Shown here: positions 16,452 through 25,126 of the stretch, in pieces
How the letters are laid out: the number at the start of each line of letters is the position of its first letter
Numbering within the stretch: the first letter of the stretch is position 1
NCBI RefSeq assembly: GCF_000341395.1
Contig: NC_020304.1
Span: forward strand, 3,000,001-3,032,000
Direction of reading: 5' to 3'
Origin: Desulfocapsa sulfexigens DSM 10523
GTDB lineage: Bacteria > Desulfobacterota > Desulfobulbia > Desulfobulbales > Desulfocapsaceae
Length of the DNA: 32,000 bases
Position numbers and translations under genes: made by a program
The notes under the pieces: generated by a model
Told to the model about the DNA's origin: nothing
Databases searched by the model: none
Seen by the model: the letters and a program-made list of their open reading frames with translations, nothing else

Positions 16452-16940
16452 CTATTTATCCTCGACACCGAGTTCTTTCAGCAGTTGATCTTTGGACTCG
16501 TCATCCTTCACAAGGCTTTGGATTTTCTTCCGAAATTCAGGTACATTTGACAGAGGTCCTTTTAACGCGGTCAGGGCCTGGCGAAGTTCCATGAGTTTTT
16601 TTAGTTCAGGACTGTTTTGGGCTATGGCATCTGGGGAAAAATCTTTCAGTGATTCAAATGCCAGTTTAACAGCAAGTTCTTCGTCAGGATCATCCGATAA
16701 TTTATTTGGTACCGTCATGTTCAAGCTGAGGTCTTGCTCTTTCATGACATCGTTGAAGTTGTCTTTATCGATATTGATGGGGTCTCGATCCTCAACAGCA
16801 CGCTCATCATCTTTTTGGGTGAAATCTCCCATGATGAGTATTTTTAGAGGAAGTTCCACCTCTTCCTTGGCATCTCCGGTTGCCGGACGATAGACAATAT
16901 TGACTCTCTCCTTAGGAGCAACAGAACCTTCCTTTGCCAT
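16452..16940 (-). CDS. tssB: T6SS contractile sheath small subunit TssB (VipA)
   Basis: 162 aa. The N-terminus MAKEGSVAPKERVNIVYRPATGDAKEEVELPLKILIMGDFT is the conserved TssB pattern. An SD (AGAGG) lies 8 nt upstream. Confidence 0.95.
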   Translation of the reverse strand: MAKEGSVAPKERVNIVYRPATGDAKEEVELPLKILIMGDFTQKDDERAVEDRDPINIDKDNFNDVMKEQDLSLNMTVPNKLSDDPDEELAVKLAFESLKDFSPDAIAQNSPELKKLMELRQALTALKGPLSNVPEFRKKIQSLVKDDESKDQLLKELGVEDK

Positions 16941-16982
16941 GATTTGCCTCTTTTGTTTAGTTGACGGTTAATAACATAACGT

Positions 16983-17012
16983 ATTATATGATAATATCTC
17001 TATCAATATAAA
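16983..17012 (-). promoter_or_regulatory. Candidate sigma70-type promoter upstream of tssB: -35 TTTATA, 18-nt spacer, -10 TATAAT, with an imperfect palindrome TGATA-N7-TATCA (16989..17005) in the spacer
   Basis: Read on the minus strand within the only long (164 nt), visibly AT-rich gap inside the T6SS array. The -10 is a perfect TATAAT ~43 nt upstream of the tssB ATG. The -35 is weak. No experimental support. Confidence 0.3.
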
Positions 17013-17056
17013 AGGTTTAAATCAAGAAATTTGTTGTAAAATCACCATTTAATGAC

Positions 17057-17075
17057 TTTGCAAAATAGATTCCGC
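17057..17075 (-). promoter_or_regulatory. Candidate sigma54 -24/-12 element, GCGGAATCTATTTTGCAAA (minus strand)
   Basis: GG and GC are separated by exactly 10 nt, and the -12 region TTTGCA matches the TTGCA consensus. The -24 region (CGGAAT) matches TGGCAC only at GG. It lies ~30 nt after the tssA stop and ~110 nt upstream of tssB. Confidence 0.25.
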
Positions 17076-17104
17076 ATCTAACATTTCGAAACAATTAAAA
17101 TGTA

Positions 17105-18685
17105 TTAGGATGAAATGCGGATTGCCTCTACTGAGTCGAGGGTGGCTATTTTATCAAGCAGATCCCTGCCACGCTCTTTTACAATTTTTGACGAAATCAT
17201 TTTCAGGCAGTGATAGAAGGTTTTGTAAACTATCAAGGCCTGAGTCGGGTCCCAGATTTCCAGCTTATGGTGCTCCAGCTCTTCGACGAGCTTCTCACAA
17301 TGCGGCAGAGCCATCTCGGCTTTTTTTCCGCTAATCAATATTCGTATGAGAGCCAGTCGCCATTGCATCGATTCTCTGGAAGAATGGGCTTCCATAATCC
17401 CTTGCTGAAGAAGCACAAGAGCCTCGGTGAGTTTTCGTTCCTTTAAGAGTTCTCCGGCACGCTGGATGGCATTGTTTAACTGATTTACCTCCTCTGTCGT
17501 CCCTTCAGCAGTGGAAAAACTGGAACCCATGTCCATGCCATCTCCTGCAGATCCAAGATTCTGACACCATTCCTTTGTCTCCTCATCAGCAAAGGGGGTC
17601 CCGTCTGAAAATTGGAGATTGTGTACCCCGGGGAGTCTGTGAAGGAGGGCAGCCGTTTCCTGGCATACTGCCTCCCAGGCCTTTTGGTATGGAAGACCGA
17701 GGTTTTCGAGGCTGGTGGCACAGTATCGCTGCAGATCCAGCCAGAAAATATATTGAGGAAACTGTCTTTCTGCAGTTGAGGATAAATTGATCCAGTCTCC
17801 TCGAGAGGACAGGTCTTGTATCATCAGAACGATATGAGGTTCCGGTGGCGGTATAATTGTTTTGCCTTCCACTGCCTGGGGAAGCACATCGATATCTGAC
17901 CAGATTGCTGTCCGCAGGGATCGATGCCCCAGTGGATTGATAAGATCCTGTTCTATCAGAGTAAGAGCTGCCCGCTTGATTCTTTCATTGGCTGTCTGAA
18001 TAGCGACTATGGGGTCTTCACTTGAGGAAGCTGTTTCCTGGACTTTCGGTTCCGGGGTAGGAATCGGTTTTTTTTCCACCTGTTCAGGTGGCTGTTGTTT
18101 CGGTTCGGGCTCTTTTACCTGCTTCTGCGGAGGGGATATAGCTTTTTCTTTTTTAATTGGAAGAGATTCAATGGTCCTTATCAACCGATTTAAAGAGGGG
18201 GGCTCAGGGAACAGCTCAAGGAAAAGCTGTTTAAGCTTATCGCAATGTGCCAAAAGAGTATTTTTGCTTTCTTCTTCTACGGATTGGAGACGAAGAAGCT
18301 CAAGAGCACTTGCACTGTTTTCAATCCACCATTCTGCAGCTGCCACCCGGCCACGCATTCTCTTTTTTAAGGGAAACATTGTGTCCCAGAACGTTTCCAG
18401 CAAATCGCAATAAGCCTGCAATCCAGTCGTAAGTCCTGCAAGCTCGCGGGTGTGAATTTGGGAAACGGCAAAATAACTCATCACCAAAAGATCTTTACTC
18501 TCCTCTGTTAATATCTTTTCGGTAAGTTGACTTACCCGCACCCAGTTAACTCCCTCAGAGGCAGATGGAGAACCAATTTTGTCTATTTCAGTTTGAAGTT
18601 CTTCAAAGGCTGGTTCGTAGCGGCTATCTGTACCGGCGGGACAAGCATCACTTATCGGAGTTGTTCCTATTGTAAGTATATCCAT
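17105..18685 (-). CDS. tssA: T6SS protein TssA (ImpA N-terminal domain family)
   Basis: 526 aa. ImpA_N-like start (PISDACPAGTDSRYEPAFEELQTEIDK). A Pro/Lys/Glu-rich linker follows (PPQKQVKEPEPKQQPPEQVEKKPIPTPEPK), then a helical C-terminal domain. It lies between tssM and tssB. Confidence 0.85.
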   Translation of the reverse strand: MDILTIGTTPISDACPAGTDSRYEPAFEELQTEIDKIGSPSASEGVNWVRVSQLTEKILTEESKDLLVMSYFAVSQIHTRELAGLTTGLQAYCDLLETFWDTMFPLKKRMRGRVAAAEWWIENSASALELLRLQSVEEESKNTLLAHCDKLKQLFLELFPEPPSLNRLIRTIESLPIKKEKAISPPQKQVKEPEPKQQPPEQVEKKPIPTPEPKVQETASSSEDPIVAIQTANERIKRAALTLIEQDLINPLGHRSLRTAIWSDIDVLPQAVEGKTIIPPPEPHIVLMIQDLSSRGDWINLSSTAERQFPQYIFWLDLQRYCATSLENLGLPYQKAWEAVCQETAALLHRLPGVHNLQFSDGTPFADEETKEWCQNLGSAGDGMDMGSSFSTAEGTTEEVNQLNNAIQRAGELLKERKLTEALVLLQQGIMEAHSSRESMQWRLALIRILISGKKAEMALPHCEKLVEELEHHKLEIWDPTQALIVYKTFYHCLKMISSKIVKERGRDLLDKIATLDSVEAIRISS

Positions 18686-18703
18686 CGTGATTCTCAGATT
18701 ATT

Positions 18704-21700
18704 TTAGTTATCCCAACAGTTTGTTATATCAGTGGGAACGTCAGGAAGTTTTTGTTCCCAGTTTTGTTTTATTTTCTGGGCCTCAGCCTGTTGTCTTGCC
18801 TTCCAGGATTTCTTCAAAGCTTCATTCTCAAGAGCAGTCATTTTCTGTTTCCGTTCCCATGTTGCAAGAAGTTCCTTGATGCCCTTGCTACTGTCTGCTG
18901 CCTGCATTTTGCGCTTTTCCTCAAGTTCGGCAAGGAACTTCTCCCTTTTTTCCTGCTGATCGATAATGCTGATAAGTGGTTGTCCGCCTTTGAGTTGAAA
19001 GTTGACCTTGATAGTTGTAATCCGCAGTCGGACCAACTGTTTCTTCTGGTCAGGAAAATCGTTTACTGAAAAAAGATGACTTCCATTCTGGAAATCTTTG
19101 GCAAAGTGGGCAAAGGCAAGTTTGCCCTCATATTTTTTCTTTAGAATAAGACTGCCTATTTCAATCTGCAGAGAAACTGATTCACAATTTTCAGGTTGCC
19201 ATGACATCTTTTTACGTATTGGATAATTTAAATTGACCAAACGCGTGGTTTCTGCACCGCATACGGACTCCAGTGTTGTGACATGGGGGGTGATTCTTGC
19301 CTCCTTGTTAACGCTGGTCGGATTGGCAGTTACCAGTATGTCATAGTTTGCATTAATAGTTGGCAGAGGAGGAATCTCGGGTTCCTTTTTCTTTTCCGGT
19401 TGAGCTCCGAAAACAGCATCTGCTTCAAGCTGCATATCAAGAGGTACTTCTTCGCTGAAGGAAAGATCAGGCTTGAAACGGACGAGGCGGATGCCGTCAG
19501 TGAGAAAATCCAGGAATTCTTTTTCGAAGGGGAGCATTTTACCCAGGGCTGTTTTTGGATAAAACCCCTTTTTGAGGCTCCTGCCAAGAAATGGGGCAGC
19601 TGGTCCTTTGATGAAACGAATGGCATAGCCGTCATCGAGAAAGAGCTCATCGTTCAGTTTTGTCTTGTCTGTTATATCCTGAACTTCCACAAGTACATTC
19701 TTTTCCCACAGGCTGTTTAAGTGACAGGCAGCCTCCAGGCAGGTATAATCTCGAAGAAAGGTGAGTGGGCCAGCAAGAAGCCGCCAGACCACTTTCTGTT
19801 GCTGGCCGGGTTGGCTCAGCTCTTTCCGGAAAGCCACGAGATGATGTTTGGCAAGATAGAAGGGGGACTTTGAAGTGGCAGGGTCGTCTTTGAAAATTTC
19901 AGCAGCCATACTGTAGGAGACCGTGCGAGAGGAGCTAGCCAGGGTAATGTCTTTTAGAGCCATCTGATAACTGTTGAATAACTTCCCTGCAGCAAGCTGA
20001 CTGGAAAGGATTCCGCTTGGATCAAGACCGGTTTTCTTTTCAAGGCTGCCGAGTGCCTTTTTCCCCTTTTTTGTTACCTTGGCAAGCAGAGAATTACTTT
20101 CTTCGATGGCAGCTTCTCGTGTGGCATCAATACGAGCCTGTTCTATCTGATTGATAAGAAGAATCCAGGTATTTTCTTTTTCATCTTCTTCCAGAGGGGC
20201 AAGTTCTCTGGCCATGGTTCGCAGCAGGGAAAAATAGGGGTTCTGATCTGTAGCCATGGTAGTGGCGACTTCCTGCCAGGAAGAACCATCACCCAGATAG
20301 TATTCAGCCTGGGGGAATTTTTCAGCAAAATCATACCATACCAGCCTGTAGGCCATCTCGTACCACTTTTGAAAACGTGCTTTATTGCTGGTGATCAAAA
20401 GAGGATCCGGCAATGCCGTACCGATATCTTCGAGCAGGGTATTGATTATATCTCTCCCCTTGATGGTGAAGGCAGGTGGTACCGTTGCGATATTTTTTCG
20501 GGTCAGGGGGGAGCTCCAGAAGTCCTGGACGTTCAGCGCGCTTGAATCGGAATTATGGTTGACCCATGAGACCAGCCAGTTGAGGCTGGTGTCGGGCATA
20601 CTAAGGATATGAAGGAGTGCACGCTGTAGACGTTCTTTTTCCAGATTAAGTGTTTCACTGCTCTCCTGCCAATTCAGGTAGTGGTGATATTGCAGGAGAA
20701 CCCTGTCACTGAGATCGGCTATGAGACGCCTGTCTTCTCCCCCGAAAAGAGCCTGAAAAGAGGGCTGTGCCTGCTGATCAAAACTTGATGGGTCCTTGTT
20801 GTCAAGCCGGGCCTGAATCAGGTTGATACGGTGCACAAGATGGGCAACAACGGTACCAATAATAACATCAGATGATCCAGGTGTTAACGCGGAGACAGCG
20901 GTGTCAAGTTGTATGTTGAGTCTTTCGTTGAACTCGCTGTTGAAGCGATGGCAGTATTTCTGTTTGAGACGGAGTTCGATGTCCTCACTTTTATTTAACC
21001 CGAAGCGGGGAATCCACCAGGCTCTGTTGTAGTCTTCCATGGTACTGATGGCCTTCTGGAAACGTTCCATCAGTGCTGTATCGGTAAGGAAGTCACCCTG
21101 GAGGACGACGGATTGTTTGAAAGCCTCAGTACCGTTTTGCAGTGTGGTCAGATTTTTAACAAATGAGAAACTTAACAGGCCGCAAAGGGTAAAGATTATG
21201 GCAGCCCAGGCTGTAAGACCAATGTTGCGTGTCAACCGATTCCAGGCAAGAGCTTTTTGGGTCGGGGCAAAGAGGGTACGGTCTTCGGGGAGGATACGGG
21301 AAAAAAGATCATGGAGAAAGAGTCCTTTATTGGTGCCAGGCAGGACGTCCTGCTGTTTGATCAAGCCAAGAGCATGGAGAAAGTTGGAGAAAGGGGTTCC
21401 TTCCTGGCGACCACTGCTGAAATAGAGCCCTCGCAGAATGGGGGATTCCTGGTAGGGGTTTGCCTTGAAGGTGGACTCGATAAAGGAGGAGAGTCGCCTG
21501 TGGAGAATTTTAAATTCGTTGGGAAAAAGAAGAAGATCCGCCGCGGATTGAGATTGTTTGCGGCTGGGATCCTGTTTACCGTGAAGCAGTTGCAGACGTA
21601 ATTGCTGAAGACGGTCACCAATGGTAGAGTCCACATCCTGAAGAAATGTTCTGATATCCTTGTGATTCCTGTTTATCAGTCCCATGGCCTGTTCAAGGCT

Positions 21701-22519
21701 CTTGTCGGGCAGACGGTCACAGAACTGCGTCATACCCTGCACCAGATCACACTTGGTGATGAGAACATAGACAGGAAAAACTTTCCCTAAAACCCGCATC
21801 AGCTCATCAATGCGTTGCCTGATGTTTCGACCATCCTCGGCAATGCGATCATCATCTGCCTGCAGCAACTTGTCTGCTGCTATAGTTACTACCAGACCAT
21901 TGAGGGGTTCTTTTCTGCGATATTTGACCAACAGGGAGAGAAACTTCTGCCATTCATCCTTATCACGTCCTTCTTCCAGTGGTATGGTATAGCGTCCGGC
22001 GGTGTCGAGGATGACTGCCTGTTCAAAGAACCACCAGTCACAGTTTCGTGTGCCGGCAACACCTCCAATTTTACTGGTTTCAGCAAAGGGCGCAGAAAGA
22101 TCTGCACTCTTGATAGCCGTTGATTTTCCAGAGCGTGACTCCCCGATAACCATATACCATGGCAGGACATAGAGAGGGTTGCCCTGTTTGCTCAGGTGGG
22201 AGGATTTGAGAATTTCAATTGCTTCCTGCCATCGTCCCTGAAGCTCCTGTAATCCTTCCTGGCCACTTCCCGCTCCTTTGATATAGGCATTGTCCTGTTC
22301 GATAACCTGATGGACAAAATTCTGTTCCCTTTTTCGGAGGAGGATTTTCCGAAAAAATATCCAGCCGAGATAGAGACCAACATAGCCAAGTAGAAAAAAG
22401 AGTCCGATCCACCATGGCCATTTTGCCCAGAGAACCAGGCCAAAGGTAGCAGTAGCGATCAGAAGCAGAAGGCTTGTCAGTAAGAGGAATTTAAAGGCGG
22501 CGAGCATTATCTTTTTCAT
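18704..22519 (-). CDS. tssM: T6SS membrane-complex protein TssM (IcmF)
   Basis: 1271 aa. N-terminal TM helices are present (LLLTSLLLLIATATFGLVLWAKWPWWIGLFFLLGYVGLYLGWIFF). There is a Walker A NTPase motif (VIGESRSGKSTAIK) and a third TM near residue ~440. A large periplasmic C-terminal part follows. Its start overlaps the tssL stop by 1 nt. Confidence 0.93.
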   Translation of the reverse strand: MKKIMLAAFKFLLLTSLLLLIATATFGLVLWAKWPWWIGLFFLLGYVGLYLGWIFFRKILLRKREQNFVHQVIEQDNAYIKGAGSGQEGLQELQGRWQEAIEILKSSHLSKQGNPLYVLPWYMVIGESRSGKSTAIKSADLSAPFAETSKIGGVAGTRNCDWWFFEQAVILDTAGRYTIPLEEGRDKDEWQKFLSLLVKYRRKEPLNGLVVTIAADKLLQADDDRIAEDGRNIRQRIDELMRVLGKVFPVYVLITKCDLVQGMTQFCDRLPDKSLEQAMGLINRNHKDIRTFLQDVDSTIGDRLQQLRLQLLHGKQDPSRKQSQSAADLLLFPNEFKILHRRLSSFIESTFKANPYQESPILRGLYFSSGRQEGTPFSNFLHALGLIKQQDVLPGTNKGLFLHDLFSRILPEDRTLFAPTQKALAWNRLTRNIGLTAWAAIIFTLCGLLSFSFVKNLTTLQNGTEAFKQSVVLQGDFLTDTALMERFQKAISTMEDYNRAWWIPRFGLNKSEDIELRLKQKYCHRFNSEFNERLNIQLDTAVSALTPGSSDVIIGTVVAHLVHRINLIQARLDNKDPSSFDQQAQPSFQALFGGEDRRLIADLSDRVLLQYHHYLNWQESSETLNLEKERLQRALLHILSMPDTSLNWLVSWVNHNSDSSALNVQDFWSSPLTRKNIATVPPAFTIKGRDIINTLLEDIGTALPDPLLITSNKARFQKWYEMAYRLVWYDFAEKFPQAEYYLGDGSSWQEVATTMATDQNPYFSLLRTMARELAPLEEDEKENTWILLINQIEQARIDATREAAIEESNSLLAKVTKKGKKALGSLEKKTGLDPSGILSSQLAAGKLFNSYQMALKDITLASSSRTVSYSMAAEIFKDDPATSKSPFYLAKHHLVAFRKELSQPGQQQKVVWRLLAGPLTFLRDYTCLEAACHLNSLWEKNVLVEVQDITDKTKLNDELFLDDGYAIRFIKGPAAPFLGRSLKKGFYPKTALGKMLPFEKEFLDFLTDGIRLVRFKPDLSFSEEVPLDMQLEADAVFGAQPEKKKEPEIPPLPTINANYDILVTANPTSVNKEARITPHVTTLESVCGAETTRLVNLNYPIRKKMSWQPENCESVSLQIEIGSLILKKKYEGKLAFAHFAKDFQNGSHLFSVNDFPDQKKQLVRLRITTIKVNFQLKGGQPLISIIDQQEKREKFLAELEEKRKMQAADSSKGIKELLATWERKQKMTALENEALKKSWKARQQAEAQKIKQNWEQKLPDVPTDITNCWDN

Positions 22520-23193
22520 TACTGCACCATGGAAATAAAGTTTTCACCGACATTATCAAGGACAAAACGATAAATGAAAAAAAGAACGCCATAGAGTAGC
22601 ACAGGAACCGTAGCACCTAATACCACACCAATTGGAAACCGACTGCTATCATTAAATTTTTCAGGGGTGGCTCCCTCCTGCAGGTAAGCATCGGGAAAAA
22701 GCGTTTTCTGGTCAAATGATCGCAGATCTGTTGTCCCTCCTATAAGTTTCAGATTGGAGTTCTTAAGCTGTTCCAGAAGAAACTCATCTCCAGGGTTACA
22801 GTAGCGGCCAGTGAATCCAAGAGCCAGACAGAGGTAGTATACTTCACGCACCTGCCCCTGTTGTGGGGTCAGCTGGTTCAGCTTGTCAAAGAAGAGTTCA
22901 CCGCCATCGGTGGTTTGATAGTAGGTACGCTGCAGCTGTTCCCCCTGCCATTTACTTTTTTCCTCCCAGTTTGAGCTGAGAATGGCCTCATCGATCCAGG
23001 CAAAGACTGCAAAACGGGAAAGATCATAATCTTCCTGGGGTAAATGGCTTTTGTGAAAGCTATCCTGACTTTTGGCGATCAGGTGGCTGATGTCGGTTTT
23101 GACCTTTTCAAGTGAGGCGGGCCGATTTGGTGTATCGTTGAGAAAATAGGTAACATAAGCGATTAATTCTACGAAACAGTCCACAAGTGCCAT
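22519..23193 (-). CDS. tssL: T6SS membrane-complex protein TssL (DotU family), without peptidoglycan-binding extension
   Basis: 224 aa. DotU-like cytoplasmic domain (VDCFVELIAYVTYF.., FAVFAWIDEAIL, VYYLCLALGFTGRY). A single C-terminal TM (FPIGVVLGATVPVLLYGVLFFIY) is present. The protein ends shortly after the TM, so there is no OmpA-like domain. Confidence 0.9.
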   Translation of the reverse strand: MALVDCFVELIAYVTYFLNDTPNRPASLEKVKTDISHLIAKSQDSFHKSHLPQEDYDLSRFAVFAWIDEAILSSNWEEKSKWQGEQLQRTYYQTTDGGELFFDKLNQLTPQQGQVREVYYLCLALGFTGRYCNPGDEFLLEQLKNSNLKLIGGTTDLRSFDQKTLFPDAYLQEGATPEKFNDSSRFPIGVVLGATVPVLLYGVLFFIYRFVLDNVGENFISMVQ

Positions 23194-23195
23194 AG

Positions 23196-24587
23196 TTATC
23201 TCCTGCCAACAACCATAAGTTCAGCCTTAAGATCTTCAGGTGCTTCGTCCCAGAAAATTGCCAGCTGATTGCTGTGCTGCACCTGTTGCCAGAGGTCGCC
23301 ATGATGATCAATTTGAAAATAGAGTGAACCACGCCTGCGGGGAAGCTCCTGCGGTGGTGTCTCCATATGTTTTACTTTGACTCCTGGCAGGGCTCTGGCA
23401 ATAAGTAACGGCAGAGTTTCCCGCGAACCTATCTTGGCCAGACCGGCAAAGCTCTGCAGAGCTTGATTGGGCTCCTGTTCCGTTGCCAGAACGAGATAGA
23501 AACGATTATGAGAATCAAACATGGATTTTGAGAGTTCGCCGCTGAAATACGTACCATCATAAATGAGCGGCAGCATGTATTCGGGGCCGGCTGTAATCTC
23601 ATCCAGTAGGCGCAGCAGGACATTTTGCGCCGACAGAAAGCAGGTGTGCAGTTTACGGTGATTGTAGGGCGGAACCAGAACAGTGCCGTTTTCATGTTCT
23701 CCAAGTACATTTATTGTCTCAGAGAAACTTGATAGTTCACCGATGATTTGACGCAGAAGACCGTATACCGTCCAGGGATGGACAGTCTGGGCTTCGGTTA
23801 TCTGAAAGAGGAGAGGAATATATCGGTTGAGTGAACGCAGGGCGAGAAGGAAGATTGTATCTTGGGCACCGAATTCTGCCGTATGAACACCACGTTCACG
23901 CTTGTAGGCCTCAAGGAGATGGGATCTGGAGGCGAGCTGGTCACGGATTTCAGTAACTAATCCCATAAGGGGTTCGCTTGCCTTGATACTGAGGCAAGGA
24001 GGGAAAAAACGGTTGGAGCGTACAATCTGCTCACCCTGCCGTAGAATACGGGCAAGGGGAATCAACTCATAGTCTCCCAGCTGGTCTTCTTCACTGTCCC
24101 AGAAAATTTTCAAGACGTAATGGAGGCGTTTAACCTGGGCACTTTTTCCACCCTGATAGAGATCCTGCACCTCTTCTGGCTCTGTAGTGGTAACAAAGCG
24201 GGTGGCCACATCGCTGACATTATCAAGACTGGAGAGGATGGTAACATTCTCGCCACCAGGATTCCATTTGCGCAGTCCTAGAAGAATTCCAAGTGGCTTG
24301 TCGCCTTCCAGCCAATCCTCACTGAATGAGCGGGGAGCAATCAGTCCATTCTCAGGAAAAGAGATAAAGCTGCCATCGGGAAATTGAAACTGTCCCTGGA
24401 GAACTTGCAAGGAGAGGTTACCCAGTGCTGCGTCCTGGATTTTAAGATTGCCGATACCCCAGAAATGCGGTTGCAGGAAAGTCTGCAGGGGCATGGTCAT
24501 GGATTGGATATAACGGTCCTGTAGTTGAAAGTGCTGGGGTTGGAGAAAGAGTCCCTGATGCCAGAAAAAAGGTCGTTCCATGATCAC
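23196..24587 (-). CDS. tssK: T6SS baseplate protein TssK
   Basis: 463 aa. The N-terminus ERPFFWHQGLFLQPQHFQLQDRY is the hallmark TssK start (W.eG..L.PQHFQqqdry). It sits in the conserved tssJ-tssK-tssL-tssM synteny. Confidence 0.9.
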   Translation of the reverse strand: MIMERPFFWHQGLFLQPQHFQLQDRYIQSMTMPLQTFLQPHFWGIGNLKIQDAALGNLSLQVLQGQFQFPDGSFISFPENGLIAPRSFSEDWLEGDKPLGILLGLRKWNPGGENVTILSSLDNVSDVATRFVTTTEPEEVQDLYQGGKSAQVKRLHYVLKIFWDSEEDQLGDYELIPLARILRQGEQIVRSNRFFPPCLSIKASEPLMGLVTEIRDQLASRSHLLEAYKRERGVHTAEFGAQDTIFLLALRSLNRYIPLLFQITEAQTVHPWTVYGLLRQIIGELSSFSETINVLGEHENGTVLVPPYNHRKLHTCFLSAQNVLLRLLDEITAGPEYMLPLIYDGTYFSGELSKSMFDSHNRFYLVLATEQEPNQALQSFAGLAKIGSRETLPLLIARALPGVKVKHMETPPQELPRRRGSLYFQIDHHGDLWQQVQHSNQLAIFWDEAPEDLKAELMVVGRR

Positions 24588-24591
24588 TCCT

Positions 24592-25122
24592 TCAGTGCGT
24601 TTGGATTGCAGCTATCTGTTCGGAACCCAGGTTTACGATCAGATTGAGTTTGCCGGCTTCGGCATATTTATAGCTTTTGTCTATAATAACAGGGATGTTG
24701 ATGGTTCGTACCATCCTTTCTTTCTGTAATACAAAGTAACCGGCTACCAGTCCAATATGTTTTGTCCCAGCAAGTCGATCCATGACAATTGTCAAATCCT
24801 GTTCTGGCTGGATAAAAAGGCGTTTGACGGAAGTAACACTGCTGTCAAACGGTTCACAGTCCAGCAGTTGGTAAATGCCGTCGCTGTTAGAAGCCAGTTG
24901 CTCAAACATGGCCTTGTTACGTAACTGGTATATACCAACCATTAGAGTATGAGGAGTACCTTCGTTCAGATTTAACAGGTGATCCGCCTTTATCCGCATG
25001 GTGATGCTGTCTTTTTCATAGACCCACTGCGGAACCGGAGGAGGTGCCGGGGCTTTTGAGCCACAGGAAGATAACAGGACAAGGCTGGAGAGAAGGATGA
25101 TAAGGGTGAAATATCGTTTCAA
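24592..25122 (-). CDS. tssJ: T6SS outer-membrane lipoprotein TssJ
   Basis: The ORF track gives 24592..25323 (243 aa), but that N-terminus overlaps the upstream gene by ~200 nt. An in-frame TTG at 25122, preceded by AAGAGG 7 nt upstream, gives a 176-aa product. It reads (M)KRYFTLIILLSSLVLLSSCGSKAPAPPP, a signal peptide with lipobox LLSS-C. The size and position upstream of tssK fit TssJ. Confidence 0.8.
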   Translation of the reverse strand: MKRYFTLIILLSSLVLLSSCGSKAPAPPPVPQWVYEKDSITMRIKADHLLNLNEGTPHTLMVGIYQLRNKAMFEQLASNSDGIYQLLDCEPFDSSVTSVKRLFIQPEQDLTIVMDRLAGTKHIGLVAGYFVLQKERMVRTINIPVIIDKSYKYAEAGKLNLIVNLGSEQIAAIQTH

Positions 25123-25126
25123 GGTA

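Noticed and set aside
16985-17010. Possible Fur box (GATAATATCTCTATCAATA)
   Set aside because: Only ~9 of 19 positions match the GATAATGATAATCATTATC consensus, which is expected by chance in AT-rich DNA. I kept only the weaker statement that a TGATA-N7-TATCA palindrome is present.
18527-19069. Plus-strand 180-aa ORF spanning the tssM/tssA junction
   Set aside because: It is antisense to two well-supported T6SS genes. Its composition (Phe/Leu/Cys-rich) is typical of a shadow ORF, and no RBS or motif is present.
21361-22443. Minus-strand ORFs nested in alternative frames of tssM (21361..21636, 21889..22170, 22192..22443, 22215..22421)
   Set aside because: They lie fully inside the tssM coding region in other frames. 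They are low-complexity and have no start context, so they are treated as chance ORFs.
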